Assembly: GCA_038496445.1 (NCBI GenBank)
Contig: JALMLS010000516.1
Coordinates: 376,002 to 440,001, forward strand
Source: Trichosphaerium sp. ATCC 40318
Taxonomy: Eukaryota; Protista; Tubulinea
Length of the DNA stretch: 64,000 bases
Reading direction: 5' to 3'
Below, one piece after another: positions 13,401-24,865 of the stretch (position 1 is its first letter; every line of letters begins with the position of its first letter). A program made the translations under genes and the position numbers. The notes below the pieces were generated by a model. That model was not told where the DNA came from. It searched no databases and saw only the letters and a program-made list of their open reading frames with translations.

Positions 13401-14341
13401 CTGGAGGTGGTTTTTGATATTTTTTCTCATTTCTTTGGCAATTTTTGGATGAAGCATGGATAAATGATCCAGGAAATCAAAGAACATTTCTTGCAAATCC
13501 GAATTATGCGCCAAATCGTACGGCAATTCGCGAAATATCCAATATTGGAACACGTCCATTACCATACCAGCACAAGGATAAGTGTCGCCCTCAAATCTAC
13601 AACAAAGAGTCAAGAGAGCCACAAAATAAAAAAAAGAATTGGAAGAACAAAAGTGTCGGCTGCCTTCAACGCACTCGTCTGGTACTACGGCTGGTGGAGC
13701 GTGTACATATTCATAACGAACAATGAGACCTTCCATCACTTCTCTTGGAGTGGCATAGGCGTAAAAGGTCGTGAAAAAATCACTTCTGAACTGATCGTAT
13801 TCAAACAAGGTGTGCAGTGGCGCTTAAACCCGTCAGCAACAATAAAAAAAAATAAAAAAGAACTAGAGAACCGCTAAAACTGGTGGTAATGCGTACCTTC
13901 GTATGGCATGACCAGGTATTCAAGTAATTTTTCAAAAGGACCTTGAGAAATTGGTTAGTCAACACAGACTTTCTTACCTTACGAAAACGCACCTTTGACG
14001 AGCTTTAACGAGTTGGGGCGCTCCTCGCCAATAAAATGAAACATGTTTACATCGTGAGTGCTAAATTGACGGTGTTCTGTTGTATCTTCGTATTTTAAGA
14101 GAAGGTGATGCAAGCCGTTCGCTCGCAACCAAAAGAGCAGCTGTTGTTGGGACCATTTTGCAGGATCAACTATTAAATTTAGATTCTGTGCATAAAATGA
14201 TACCTTACTCTTTGCTGGCGGCTGGTAATGCGTTTTAGATCCGCGAATGCTCAAGGCTCTCTTCAAGGATGCGTCTTTTTTACTCTGCTAGAGTTAAAAA
14301 TACATAGTTTGCAAGCGAGAGCGTACCTTCTTTTGGGACAT
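10454..14341 (-). CDS. gbpD: GbpD-like protein: SAM-like, REM, RasGEF, cNMP-binding, GRAM, cNMP-binding
   Basis: LDPVELARQMTLME and PCIPFIG-FLTDFTF (RasGEF); two cNMP domains (FGEMSML, FGEMSFL); GRAM (HGVLFIFQSYVCFDAKVFG) between them; same domain order as Dictyostelium GbpD. Confidence 0.85.
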
Positions 14342-14654
14342 ATTGCGGTTGAGACAATAATATTAATAATGATCAATAACGAAATGTGGACGTCTGTTGG
14401 CGTATATTAAACGACAGGAGAGAAAATTAGATACCCCCAGTGGCTAAACTACTGTCTGCCAAAGTAAACGCAAAAAATAGTGATTTTACGCCTTATTAGC
14501 CGGTTATTAACCTAAAGGTGACGCAAAAGGCTGTCTGGTGCGAGAATAAGCGCCTTAACAATAAATTCAGCGTGCCTTAAGTAATAGTCATCCTTATTAT
14601 TTTTTATTTCTTACTTTTTTGCACCCAAGGTCAAGCGTCTAGAAAAATAATACC

Positions 14655-15777
14655 ATGGGAAGAGTACGATACATCCGTATACGCTGTATTCCTCAAATTT
14701 ACGTAGGGTCCACAACACCACCTAAAGCGCCTCGCAGCACCAAAACACTGGATGTTGCGTAAAATGAGCGGTGTCTTTGTACGTTTTTCTCATGTTTTAC
14801 ACCCACTCACGAAATCAGGCACCAAAACCTCAGGCTGGTCCACACGCCGAGAGAGAGTGTCTACCACTCGTTTTGTTGTTACGTAACAAGCTCAAGTACG
14901 CTCTCACTGCTAGAGAAGCAAAAACAATTTTGCAGAATCGCCTCGTAAAGGTTGATGGTAAAGTGCGCAGAAACCACAAGTACCCTGCTGGATTCATGGG
15001 TACGCGATATTTTACAACTACTGACCACCACGATGCTTACCGACGCAAACAGATGTTGTACGTATTGACAAAACCAACGAGAGCTTCAGATTGTTGTACG
15101 ATACAAAAGGACGCTACATTGTACACAGAGTCACCGCTAAAGAAGCAAACGTACGTAAAAAAAACCTCTTATTACTCAATTACCACACCTCGCCGTACGA
15201 TATGCGTTCTAATTGATTAATCGCAGTTCAAATTGGGTAAAGTCAAGCGCCTAGGAATTGCCAAAAAGGGCATTCGCTACCTTGTTACACACGACGGTCG
15301 CACCATCCGTTATCCTCACCCTGACATCAGACCTATGGACACTGTCAAAATTGATATCAAGACTGGAAAGATCTCCCAGTTCGTCAAATACGAAGTCGGT
15401 ACTTTGATCATGATGATTGGCGGTAAGAACAGAGGCCGTGTCGGTCGCGTACAAAACATTGAGAAGCACATTGGTACGTTGTTTTGAAAGACAAGCAAAA
15501 TAGTTAACGCCTTTTCTTCTTCAAAACCACTTTTTTCTTTTCTCCCTGTTTAAGCGGTTTTTGAGCGACGACGCTAATATATTGTTTTCTAGGTACTTCC
15601 GATACCGTGTACATTAAGGACGCCCGTGGAAGACAATGGGCCACTCGCCCAAAGAATTTGTTTGTGATTGGCGTATCCACCACATCTTGGATTTCTCTAC
15701 CAACTGGCAAGGGTATCAAACTCACCCCTGTTGAGAGACGCGACCAAATGCTCAAAAACAGACCTAACTTGGGCTAA
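14655..15777 (+). CDS. RPS4: 40S ribosomal protein S4 (eS4)
   Basis: [63 protein letters not shown]. Confidence 0.97.
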
Positions 15778-15886
15778 TTTGATTTCAAATAAAAAAAAAT
15801 GTAAACCTTTTAACCACCATTCGCGACTTGTGTTTTTTTTGCCTGTCTTAAGTCCACAACGTAAATAGTCTCCTTTGTGCTCCAAC

Positions 15887-17661
15887 ATGTCAAACGCCAA
15901 CAAACGCAAAGTTGTAGCAAAGTTTTGTTTCAGTATTGTTTACGTAAGCTGTAGGCTGAGAGCGATGTTGGTCCCAACCCAAAAAAAATGCGCGCTGGCG
16001 ATGACATTGACACTGATTTTGAACGTTTGTCTGCAAAGTATCCTGCGTTGGCGGCTGTGTACAACGTATGAAATGTCTATGCCACCTCATTTCCGTTTAG
16101 CTTACATAAAGGGCCACAAGGGTCTCTACGCTTGAACTGGAAGGATGTCGCGGCTGTACGGGTATTTACACAGTGTATACTCAAAGACACGTTCAATATT
16201 GAAGTAAAGCTACCAGAGAACCACCTCATGCCTACTGTAAGCGCGTAGTAGCAAAATTGAAGGAATTTACTGTTTCAAGGTTCCTTCACGATACAATTAT
16301 ATACAATGGATACATCAACTCATTCAAGAAGACGAACCTTCGCCACAGGGCGTAACTGGTATTGACATGTAAGCAATTCCACTACATTTCAGTGATGACT
16401 TTGTTAGAGGGTGTGGCGCGTCGTGTATCTACCCACTCTTGGGTAGGGCTAAGCATGGATGGCACTTCATAGGGACAGATATTGATCCAGAGTCTATCGA
16501 CTTTGCCAGACAGAACGTTGCCGCTAACATGTGGAAGGATGATATACGCATTATACAAGCCACGAAAGGCAAAATTCTGCTGGATGTTATCCCTACAGAC
16601 CAACGGTATGTCCCATGTATAACTGTGGCTAAATCATGCCTTTGTAGATACGATTTTTGCATGTGCAATCCACCGTTTTTTGAGCAAGTTGAAGATAAAG
16701 TAGACAACCCCAGTACTGTACGCTCACTACTTTTCTTGTTTTCTTAAATCACATCAAGGTGTGCAATGCTACAGATGGTGAGCTCGCTGTGGAGGGGGGA
16801 GAGTTGGCGTTCATCAAACAAATTATTACAGACAGCTTCCAGCTCAAGGATACCATCACGTGGTATACCTCACTCATAGGACGGAAGGTAGGCAACCTAG
16901 AAATGGATGTAACTAAAATAGCGTTAGGTGAATTTAAAGAAATTGAGACGCTTTTTACAACAGAACAACGTGCGTCAGAAGTCTGGGTTGTGGTTGACAG
17001 GCTGGTACAGGTCAAAAATATTAGATGGAGCGAACTGTCTCAAGGTAGAACCGCTAGGTGGGTCATAGCCTGGTCGTTCAGTGATAAAGGGCTACATGCG
17101 TTGGAGGTTGGCACTTGCAAAAACGTATTTGTTGTTCTAAGTGACTATTAGGCATCAGCGCAGACGCTTGGTATAAAGAAAGGAAAGAGCCGATACACAT
17201 TACAAACGCGGGTTGAACCCAAGGCTTTGTTTACAATAGCAGAGGGTACTGGTTTTTTTTGTCATTGACTGCTTTGGCACCTAGTAACTGTAAATTAGAG
17301 GTGCTCCTCAGTATGGATGCCAAGATTACAACCGATTTTGCGTCGTATTCCATGAAGGTAGCGTAGTCTTTGTCTGTTGCGCAGGTGTTAATCTTGTGCT
17401 AATTAACCTTAGGGGAACATGTATCAAAACTCAAGCTGGTGGCAAAAAAAGGTAGGCGCAGAAGCTGGTGGTGATGATGACATGGCACCAATGTGCCGCC
17501 CACCACTATTGTTTGCGTTCACAGTGAAGCTGTTCGACCTGGCAAGTGGTGACTATACGCTACAGATACAAAACAACGAAAACAAACCGAATGAAGCTTT
17601 TTACGAGTTCTTTGTTGCATTCAAACTTGCAGCAGTCCCGCTTCTTGCTACAAAACAATAA
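15887..17661 (+). CDS. METTL16: U6 snRNA m6A methyltransferase METTL16 (RlmF-like)
   Basis: LMPTVPSRYNYIQW, GIDI-GCGASCIYPLLG, YDFCMCNPPFF, GGELAFI, WYTSLIG, QGRTARWVIAWSF. Confidence 0.93.
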
Positions 17662-17889
17662 ACAATAGATTTATTTAAGTTAATTTTTGAGTGACTTTCA
17701 AACATACGACTCGCTCACTCTCTGTAAATAACATTCAAGTAAAGTGCCATATGTCTTGAGACAATTCATGCTTCATGTGCAAATCGATTAGACATGATAA
17801 TAAAATCACGTGATTCTAACTTTGGAATTATGTGAAGTTGTTTAAGTAAGGAACACGGTTTTCACCTAAAACTTCACCACAATTGAACA

Positions 17890-18957
17890 ATGGGCAACCA
17901 AAACACTGTAAAGACAGTAGCGGATACGATCGATGCTTCAGAGCTGTTAATGGGGGCGTTTGAAGCGATACCCACTGAAGTATTAGTTGAAATATGCATA
18001 TATTGCACCGTTGACGGTTTAATTCACTTGGGACACACGAATAGGGCGTTTACGCGGTTATTAACGAAAAAGTCGGTTATATGGAAATACCACTACTGCA
18101 ACAGCGACTGGGCAAAGGCTGAGATCTACAAGGCAAATGCAGAACAAGATTGGCACAAGTTATGTATAGAACGCTACAGGTACCGTGATCTATCTATTAT
18201 TACTCTCTGATGCATAAATAGACACTTGTTCTACGGTTTTGGTGCGATTACTGTTAGTGACTGAGATAACACGTGTAGGTCTCCAATTACCACGTTCAGC
18301 CATGTATAGAAGAACAAAACAGTACCCTAATGCTGCTACGGCTATTAATGTTGTCGGTACAAAAGGGTGTAAGTGGTTTGCCTTACAGACCATGTATGTA
18401 GGTACACGCCATGCTGGCTTGGATGATGTCATTGGTAGTTTACAGAAATTGCAAACTGTAGATCCTAAACGTATGCTCTTAGTTTGTACCTTGCGGTTTT
18501 TTTGACAGGTTGTAGTTTTTGCAAACTTGACATTCAACAAAATAGAATTAGACGCATGTACATTCAGTCTCAGCAGCAATCCTTTAATTATTGTGCTCAA
18601 TGTGACAAGACCCGACTACGTTAGAGAGAACATGCAGGTCATTGATTCAGTGTACAAAGGTACTTAATTTGTGGATGCTTAAGTACTTACTGTTGTATTT
18701 TAGACAAATCCCTCCGCCCTCCGTTTATTGTACTTGTGAATGAGCAAATAGACGGGCATTCTCCCGACCTGAGAAGAATTGCAAAAGAGTTAACATTGCT
18801 TGAAAGGGTGAACAAGAGCTATTTTATTCAGGCAATCTCGTCAACAAATTCATTGGGCATGGTGCGTATGGCTCAGGCCGTACATTGGCTCCTGCGTGAC
18901 GCAAGAGGGCATCCTCCAGGATTGGCATTTAGTGTTATATTCTCGTCAATCTTGTAA
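17890..18957 (+). CDS. F-box-like protein with possible degenerate small-GTPase-like C-terminal domain
   Basis: MGNQNT start (myristoylation-type); FEAIPTEVLVEICIYCTVDGLIHLGHTNRAF F-box pattern; C-terminal alpha/beta pattern INVVG...IIVLNVT...PFIVLVN. Confidence 0.6.
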
Positions 18958-19080
18958 ACAAAAAAAGAATAGACGGCATGGGTTTGCTATTTCTCAGTCA
19001 GGTTTATTTATTTTACAGTAAGCTCTTCTTTTGGAAAGCATTTAAGGTTTTTTTGTGTTTGGTAGTTGCAATAGGTTCAG

Positions 19081-20320
19081 CTAGGCTTTAAAAGCTTCTT
19101 TTATCCCTATTTCAAAATTGTTAGCTGTTAAAGTGCCGAATTTCATGTCAAGATTATCGTACTGGTCTGTTCTTCCTCTGATAATTCTTTATTGGGGTAC
19201 TTGACAGCGACATGTACAATCAAGTCTCCGTATTTGCGCGCACCCATGATGGGCATACCCTTGCCTTTCACTACAACTACGGACTCTACAAGTCGGTTTG
19301 TTAACATTGTGTATTTTGTTCATGAAGGAGGTGTACCTGGTTGCGCAATATCGTCATGTTCTACAGTCACCAGTTTGTCGTCGAGATGTCTTATATTTTT
19401 CCGAAATCCAGTGAGTGCTTCTATCAACGTTATCTGCATGTTGATGTGGAGATCGTCGCCTGTCCGTTTAAAGGATTGATGTCGTCTGCTGGACACTTCA
19501 ATTACAATATCTCCAGCTGTGTATCCAGGAATTTGATCGCTCTCACCATGCATACGCTAATTTGTAGTGAGAACTACGACTTGGCTCTCTTTTCTGTGCA
19601 CAGTTGTACGTACAATCTCGTGGTTGTCCGGGACTCCAGGTGGCATATCCACTTTGAAGTTGTGCTGTACCTTACGTACGCCGTTGTAACATGATTCGCA
19701 AGGCTCGTATCGTGCAACTTGTGCCTAATGGTTGGAGGTGAGGAACACTTGTCTAGACACCTGAGGAGCGTACAGAGTAAGTGTAGCCCGTGTATATCTG
19801 CTCTAGTGTGGCGTGCAATTGCAAATACTTATCACGTGTATATCCACGTGCTACATTATAGATTAAACGTGCTCTCTTGTCAAGTGACAAAAGGAAAACT
19901 ATGGCAATGTGCTACTGTTCAATCAGGAAATAAAAGCGTACTTCCAGTGTGACGCGGTTGTCTTTGATTTGTTCCGCCGCTTTGTACTGCAGTTATAACG
20001 TAGTACGTCCCAGCCCCTGCGAGAGCCAACAAGATAAACGTGTAAACAAAAAATTCAACAACATCTAAACCTGTTACACTTTGAATGCTGTGGTGTTGTG
20101 CTACGTACCTATCTATGGCGTATTAGATGCGAAATGTAACAAATAAAGAGTTACGTACAATTTTAATGCCATTATTTGGTAGCGATCTACGACCTTGCTG
20201 CCTAACGCGTTGTACGCTCGCTTCTCCTGACGTGGCACTTTTTGTACGTGTGGGCACATTACTACGTTTACGTGATAGTTCAACGCTCTTAGAGCCTTTC
20301 AGAGAGGTGTCAGCGCTCAT
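19081..20320 (-). CDS. Membrane-anchored DnaJ C-terminal-domain protein lacking a J domain
   Basis: TM VVEFFVYTFILLALAGAGTYYVI, then LEQIYTG, CESCYNG, GESDQIPGYTAGDIV, FKRTGDDLHINMQITLIEALTGF, KGKGMP, GDLIVHVAVKYP. Confidence 0.8.
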
Positions 20321-20435
20321 CGCAGTTGGTAGAGTCAAATAATCTTGATTAATGTGCAGCTGGCGTTTGGCACCCAAAACTGCTCACTTTTCGCCAAAGT
20401 ATTTACAATTACTCTCGCTACATACACATACCGAC

Positions 20436-21815
20436 ATGTCTTACAGTAACTCACAGGTACAGTACATTATTTAATAAGCGCTCAAAAAGTGTTGGTGCAC
20501 GGTATGAATCTATTGCGATTGAAAACCCACGATTACCGTGGTTTGCACGCAATGGGCTGATCTGTGATTTTCCCTTTCCGTTGTGGTAATTCGCCGCTAG
20601 TAGCCGTTTTTACACGCTACGCTACTTCAGTTGATTCAAATCGCGTGTGTTAGCTTCCATTAACGCCATTTTAGCAAAGAGTAAATCCAAATGACCTGGA
20701 CCGCCTTCTGGCCGATCCACAGAGCCAACGCAAATCAATGTTCAAAGGCAAGAAAGGAAAGCGGGCGCAGGGCGTATTTGGTACGTAATATATGACAGAC
20801 TTGTTAATTACTTGGCGCGCATCGCAACCATGCATCATACCAACCGAAATTTTTTTTATTGGCTGTTGCCGTTGTTTACTTACACAATCACAAAGAGGGC
20901 TCCGCATTGAACGCAGTATTGGGTGACCTGGGTGGTGTATCCAACGATTGGGCAAGCAAGGACATGGACAGTTTGCGTGCTGTGCGTCTGACAACTAAAT
21001 AAATAGTTGCCCCCAGTGTTGACGTTATTGTTATAGGAGCGTCACTTCAAGTTGGAAGGAAACCCTCTAGCCAACATCAACGATAGCGTATCAGTTAAGC
21101 TTCACGTATTTGATGCACAAAACAGGCGTAGATTGATCGAGGACAGACACTTTCAGGTCTCAATCGGCGGCCCTGAAGGACAATTGAGACCAAATTTGCA
21201 AAAGAATGAGTCGGACAACACGTATACTATCACATTTACGCCAAGGAGGGTACGTACCTAGCTTTGTTGGCAATACAATGCTTATATAAATGAACAAATG
21301 CTCATCTTTATTTCTAAGGCTGGTGTATATCCATGTACAGTGATGGTCCGAGGAGAGAAACATTTCGAGTTTAACTTCATTTCATGTCCACGTGCGCATT
21401 GACAGTTTTCAAATTGTTGAAATCCAAAAAAATTTACAGTTGTCTAATTATCTCTCTTTAGTACCTGTCGCTGAGTACTGCACGCTCCACCCAGAACGCA
21501 TTATCCGTGCTGGACAAAAAACTCAAATCACTATTGTGGCTAAAGACAGCAGTGGCACACAGATCAGAAAAGGAGGACATGACTTCAAATTTTCTGTACG
21601 GCTTAAAACCAAAAACTACAATCATCTATTTTTATGTGACATTTGTTGTGTAGGCTGAAGGATACGGACAACTACACAACGCCACGTTCATCGATAAGAA
21701 TGATGGCACGTGTATTTTAGAGTTTGCAGCATCAGAGGCAGGTGCATACACCATCTTCGTCACGCTCAACGGAAAACCTGTTCGCGACAGTCCACTCAAA
21801 ATTAATGTATCTTAA
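20436..21815 (+). CDS. Small filamin/ABP280 Ig-repeat protein (2 repeats)
   Basis: DNTYTITFTPRR-AGVYP, ITIVAKDSSGTQIRKGG, DKNDGTCILEFAASEAGAYTIFVTLNGKPVRDSPLKINV. Confidence 0.85.
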
Positions 21816-22033
21816 ACTTGGTATATATCCCTCCTTTTCTGTATGCCTGTCTGAGTGTGTTCCCCGTGTAACCGCTGATGGTTTTTCTGTACATTAAAAA
21901 AAATTGAAAATCAAAAATGATTGTGCATCCGAAAAGTCAAATACAAGTCGCAGGCTATTTTTAATCTCCTCTGGTACAGATTCGTATGATTTAACACGCG
22001 ACACTAGAGCACATTTCGCCTTGAAACGCCATT

Positions 22034-24683
22034 ATGAGCTCTTGGACGTCAAATGCAAGCGATAAAATGGTTGGCTTTGGTAAATGGGTACCACAAAGCC
22101 TGTTTATGGTCAACAGTTCGATCTGATAGCGTATTAGGCCGCTAGCTCGATTCGTACGCAAATTGTAAATAACTTTACACCAAAAAGCCCTCGTGTTCAG
22201 TTTTTGACGCACTGGCAAGTTGTGGACGCGTATTGGAAGAAAGGCACGCTGTTTAAAGCATTGCACGTTTTATTTATAAACTGCTACAGGCAAAGTTGAG
22301 ATAAACCACCTTAACGCTATGGCAAAGCTGCTAGCTGGTGAAGGCGATGAATACGTGCGTTATTAAATAATGATTTGACCTAAAACGCATGGACAGGACG
22401 AGGAAGGATTAGCAGGTCCCGTATTGGAGGTTTTTCTTAGTTTGGACGTGCCAAGCACGCTAGTTGGGATTGCACTAAAAAATGTACCGGTTCTCGCCAC
22501 GTGTTTGTTTTTTTGCTAAATGTCTTGCTACCGTACAGTCCCCACCAGGTACACAAGCATTCATCATGGAAATGATGGCGAACGTTTTGGATATGATGGG
22601 TTGTGAAATGATAGCAAACATCACCATGTACAAGGTACACTAAAAATACACCAACAGCGACAAAATAGACAACTAACTGTTTTTCTTGCCGTTCAGGCGC
22701 TTCAAGCACTACTCTCTATAGGGGTGTCAACACCAATAGCTTGCTTCAGTTTAATAAGCGCTATCACTCGAGCCTTGGAGCAAGTACCACAAACCCACGC
22801 TATATTTTATACTGAAAAGAATGTATGTTCCCTGCATTTACCCCAACAAAAGTGTACTCACTCTTTGGTAACTGTAGCCACCAACATTTGCAATTCTTGA
22901 TGCCATCTTGGAGATCTGGAAGGATCCAAAGCACACCAACGCAGCTAGAGTCCACTTACTTAAACGTACGATCCGGTCTTACAAACATTGTTGACTGGTG
23001 CCACCCTTTAACATATTGTGTTGTCTTAGTTTTTACGGCGCTATCAGAAGGTAGCGACTACCTCGATGACATGCTCATCAAGCAACCAACACTGATAAAA
23101 TTATTGGTACGTCACAGTATTGCATTCACCCTTCCTTTTATTGACTTTCGGTGTTGTCATTCTAATTTTTATGGCAATTATAACAGGTGGATGACATTTG
23201 CACGGGTTGGTTCAGTGTACCATCAGCGTGGGACGCCCACATTTTTCAAAAGACAGACTTTATTAAAGCGGTACAAGTTGCAGCACATTTATCCATGCAC
23301 ACCAAATATGTACGTTTGAAGTAAGAAATGAGTAATGTTCTTGCTTACACAAGCAAACAGACTTCTTTGAGTAAACGCTTGCCGGAAATGGTGGTGGACA
23401 GATTTCTCCATGGTATAGTAGCACAAAAACTGGTCCACAAGTGCGTCACCAAACCCTTTTGTTTAAACAGTTGCAATACAAACTTTGTAGCACCTAGGGA
23501 CACCACTCTAGAAACAGTAGCTAAACTCCGTGAAATGCTCGTTTGGACAGCAAAGACTCCGTTGAGACACTCCTTTCTACAGTTCTTAACAGTACGTTTG
23601 ATCCCTTCAATGTGATAGATAGTGGTACCACTACACCCGAACTGACTAGTGCCAATAGTCAACTGGAGATGACGGCGTTGGTGCATTCCTCTTATCACAC
23701 ATGCTGCCAACACAGACTGCCAAAAGTGCTGCAACAGATGCCTCCATTGCAATTGCATCGTCTATACTTAAACTATACTGTACACTTCTCGATATGAATG
23801 ATGCCAGAGTCATCCAACAGCTTTTCCTTGATGCAATGCCAGACACAGAAATATCACCAGATGATTGTCTATATGCTCATGACACGTACGCGCTATTCCA
23901 GACAACACTCTTTAGCCCAACAGAGCACAATTCTTGATACTCCATGCAATTGATAGCGTGCTCATTATATTGTTGCGTAGGCTATTGGATATTTCAGGCG
24001 CTAGCTTAGATAACAACCCATATACAGAACACGCACAGGCCGCAATTGAAGGACGTTTGACCGCGTACCCTCTCGGTATGCGTTTTTTCTATTGCCCTCT
24101 GGCTCCTTGAAATATTTATTATTTATACACCACGACGAATCTAAATTGACCTTTAAGGTATTGGCGAACAGAAAGAGAAGGATGCAATGGCTGTAGCACA
24201 GGTGGCGTTTATACCTCAGTTATTAGTTGCGTTAAAAAATATGTTCAACCAACCGCTCGAATACAATTTGTTTGTTACACTCACGTTGCGGAAAGTAGTG
24301 GAGCATCCTATTCCCCGTGTCCTCAAGTACTTTGCCGATGATATTCACAAAGAGGAGACGTTTATGCACATAGTTGATTATGTGCGTGCGCCTTACATGC
24401 GCCTAGTCTCTTGACTAACTCGGTTGCTCGATTTTAGTTGTGCTGTCAAGTAGAACAAGGCATCCATGAGAACGGCTCGCTTGTTGACCGCATAGACGAA
24501 CTCTCCAATCAGCTCAGAAGAGATCCCATACACACCAAGACACGTCACTTTACAGCGCATGATCCACGACGAGCCCGTGCCTTGCGCTTGGTGGAAGGAT
24601 CTATTGTTGTCAAGCAGTTTTGCTTAGAAATGGCGGCAGTGATGTTAGCTAACATGCAAATATGCTCAGATATAGCCTCTTGA
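22034..24683 (+). CDS. FHIP2: FHF complex subunit FHIP2 / FAM160B-like (RAI16 family)
   Basis: QFLTHWQVV, GPVLEVFL...SPPG, FIPQLLVALKNMFNQPLEYNLFVT, LVEGSIVVKQFCLEMAAV resemble conserved FAM160 blocks. Confidence 0.8.
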
Positions 24684-24865
24684 TCTTATTTTGCCACAAA
24701 ACAAGTCATTGGCTGCTAAAATTGTATATAGGATGATCGAACGATTGGATAAAAGACAGTTGATGATGATAAAGTGATTAATGTAGGAAAAAAAAAAAGT
24801 AATTGTTTATTAAAAACACAAAATGTACATTTCCTTATTCAGCTATCCCTCTTTATGAGACGTAT

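Noticed and set aside
15475-15592. Longer last intron of RPS4 as a snoRNA host
   Set aside because: Mostly a pyrimidine-rich tract with no recognisable boxes
17806-17813. Recurrent CACGTG (E-box-like) motifs near gene ends, also at ~30514 and ~34974
   Set aside because: ACGT words are abundant everywhere, including introns, so enrichment cannot be supported without counting
20457-20674. Unusually long first intron of the filamin-repeat gene as a snoRNA host
   Set aside because: No convincing box C (RUGAUGA) paired with box D and a terminal stem, and no H/ACA pattern seen; an Infernal search would be needed
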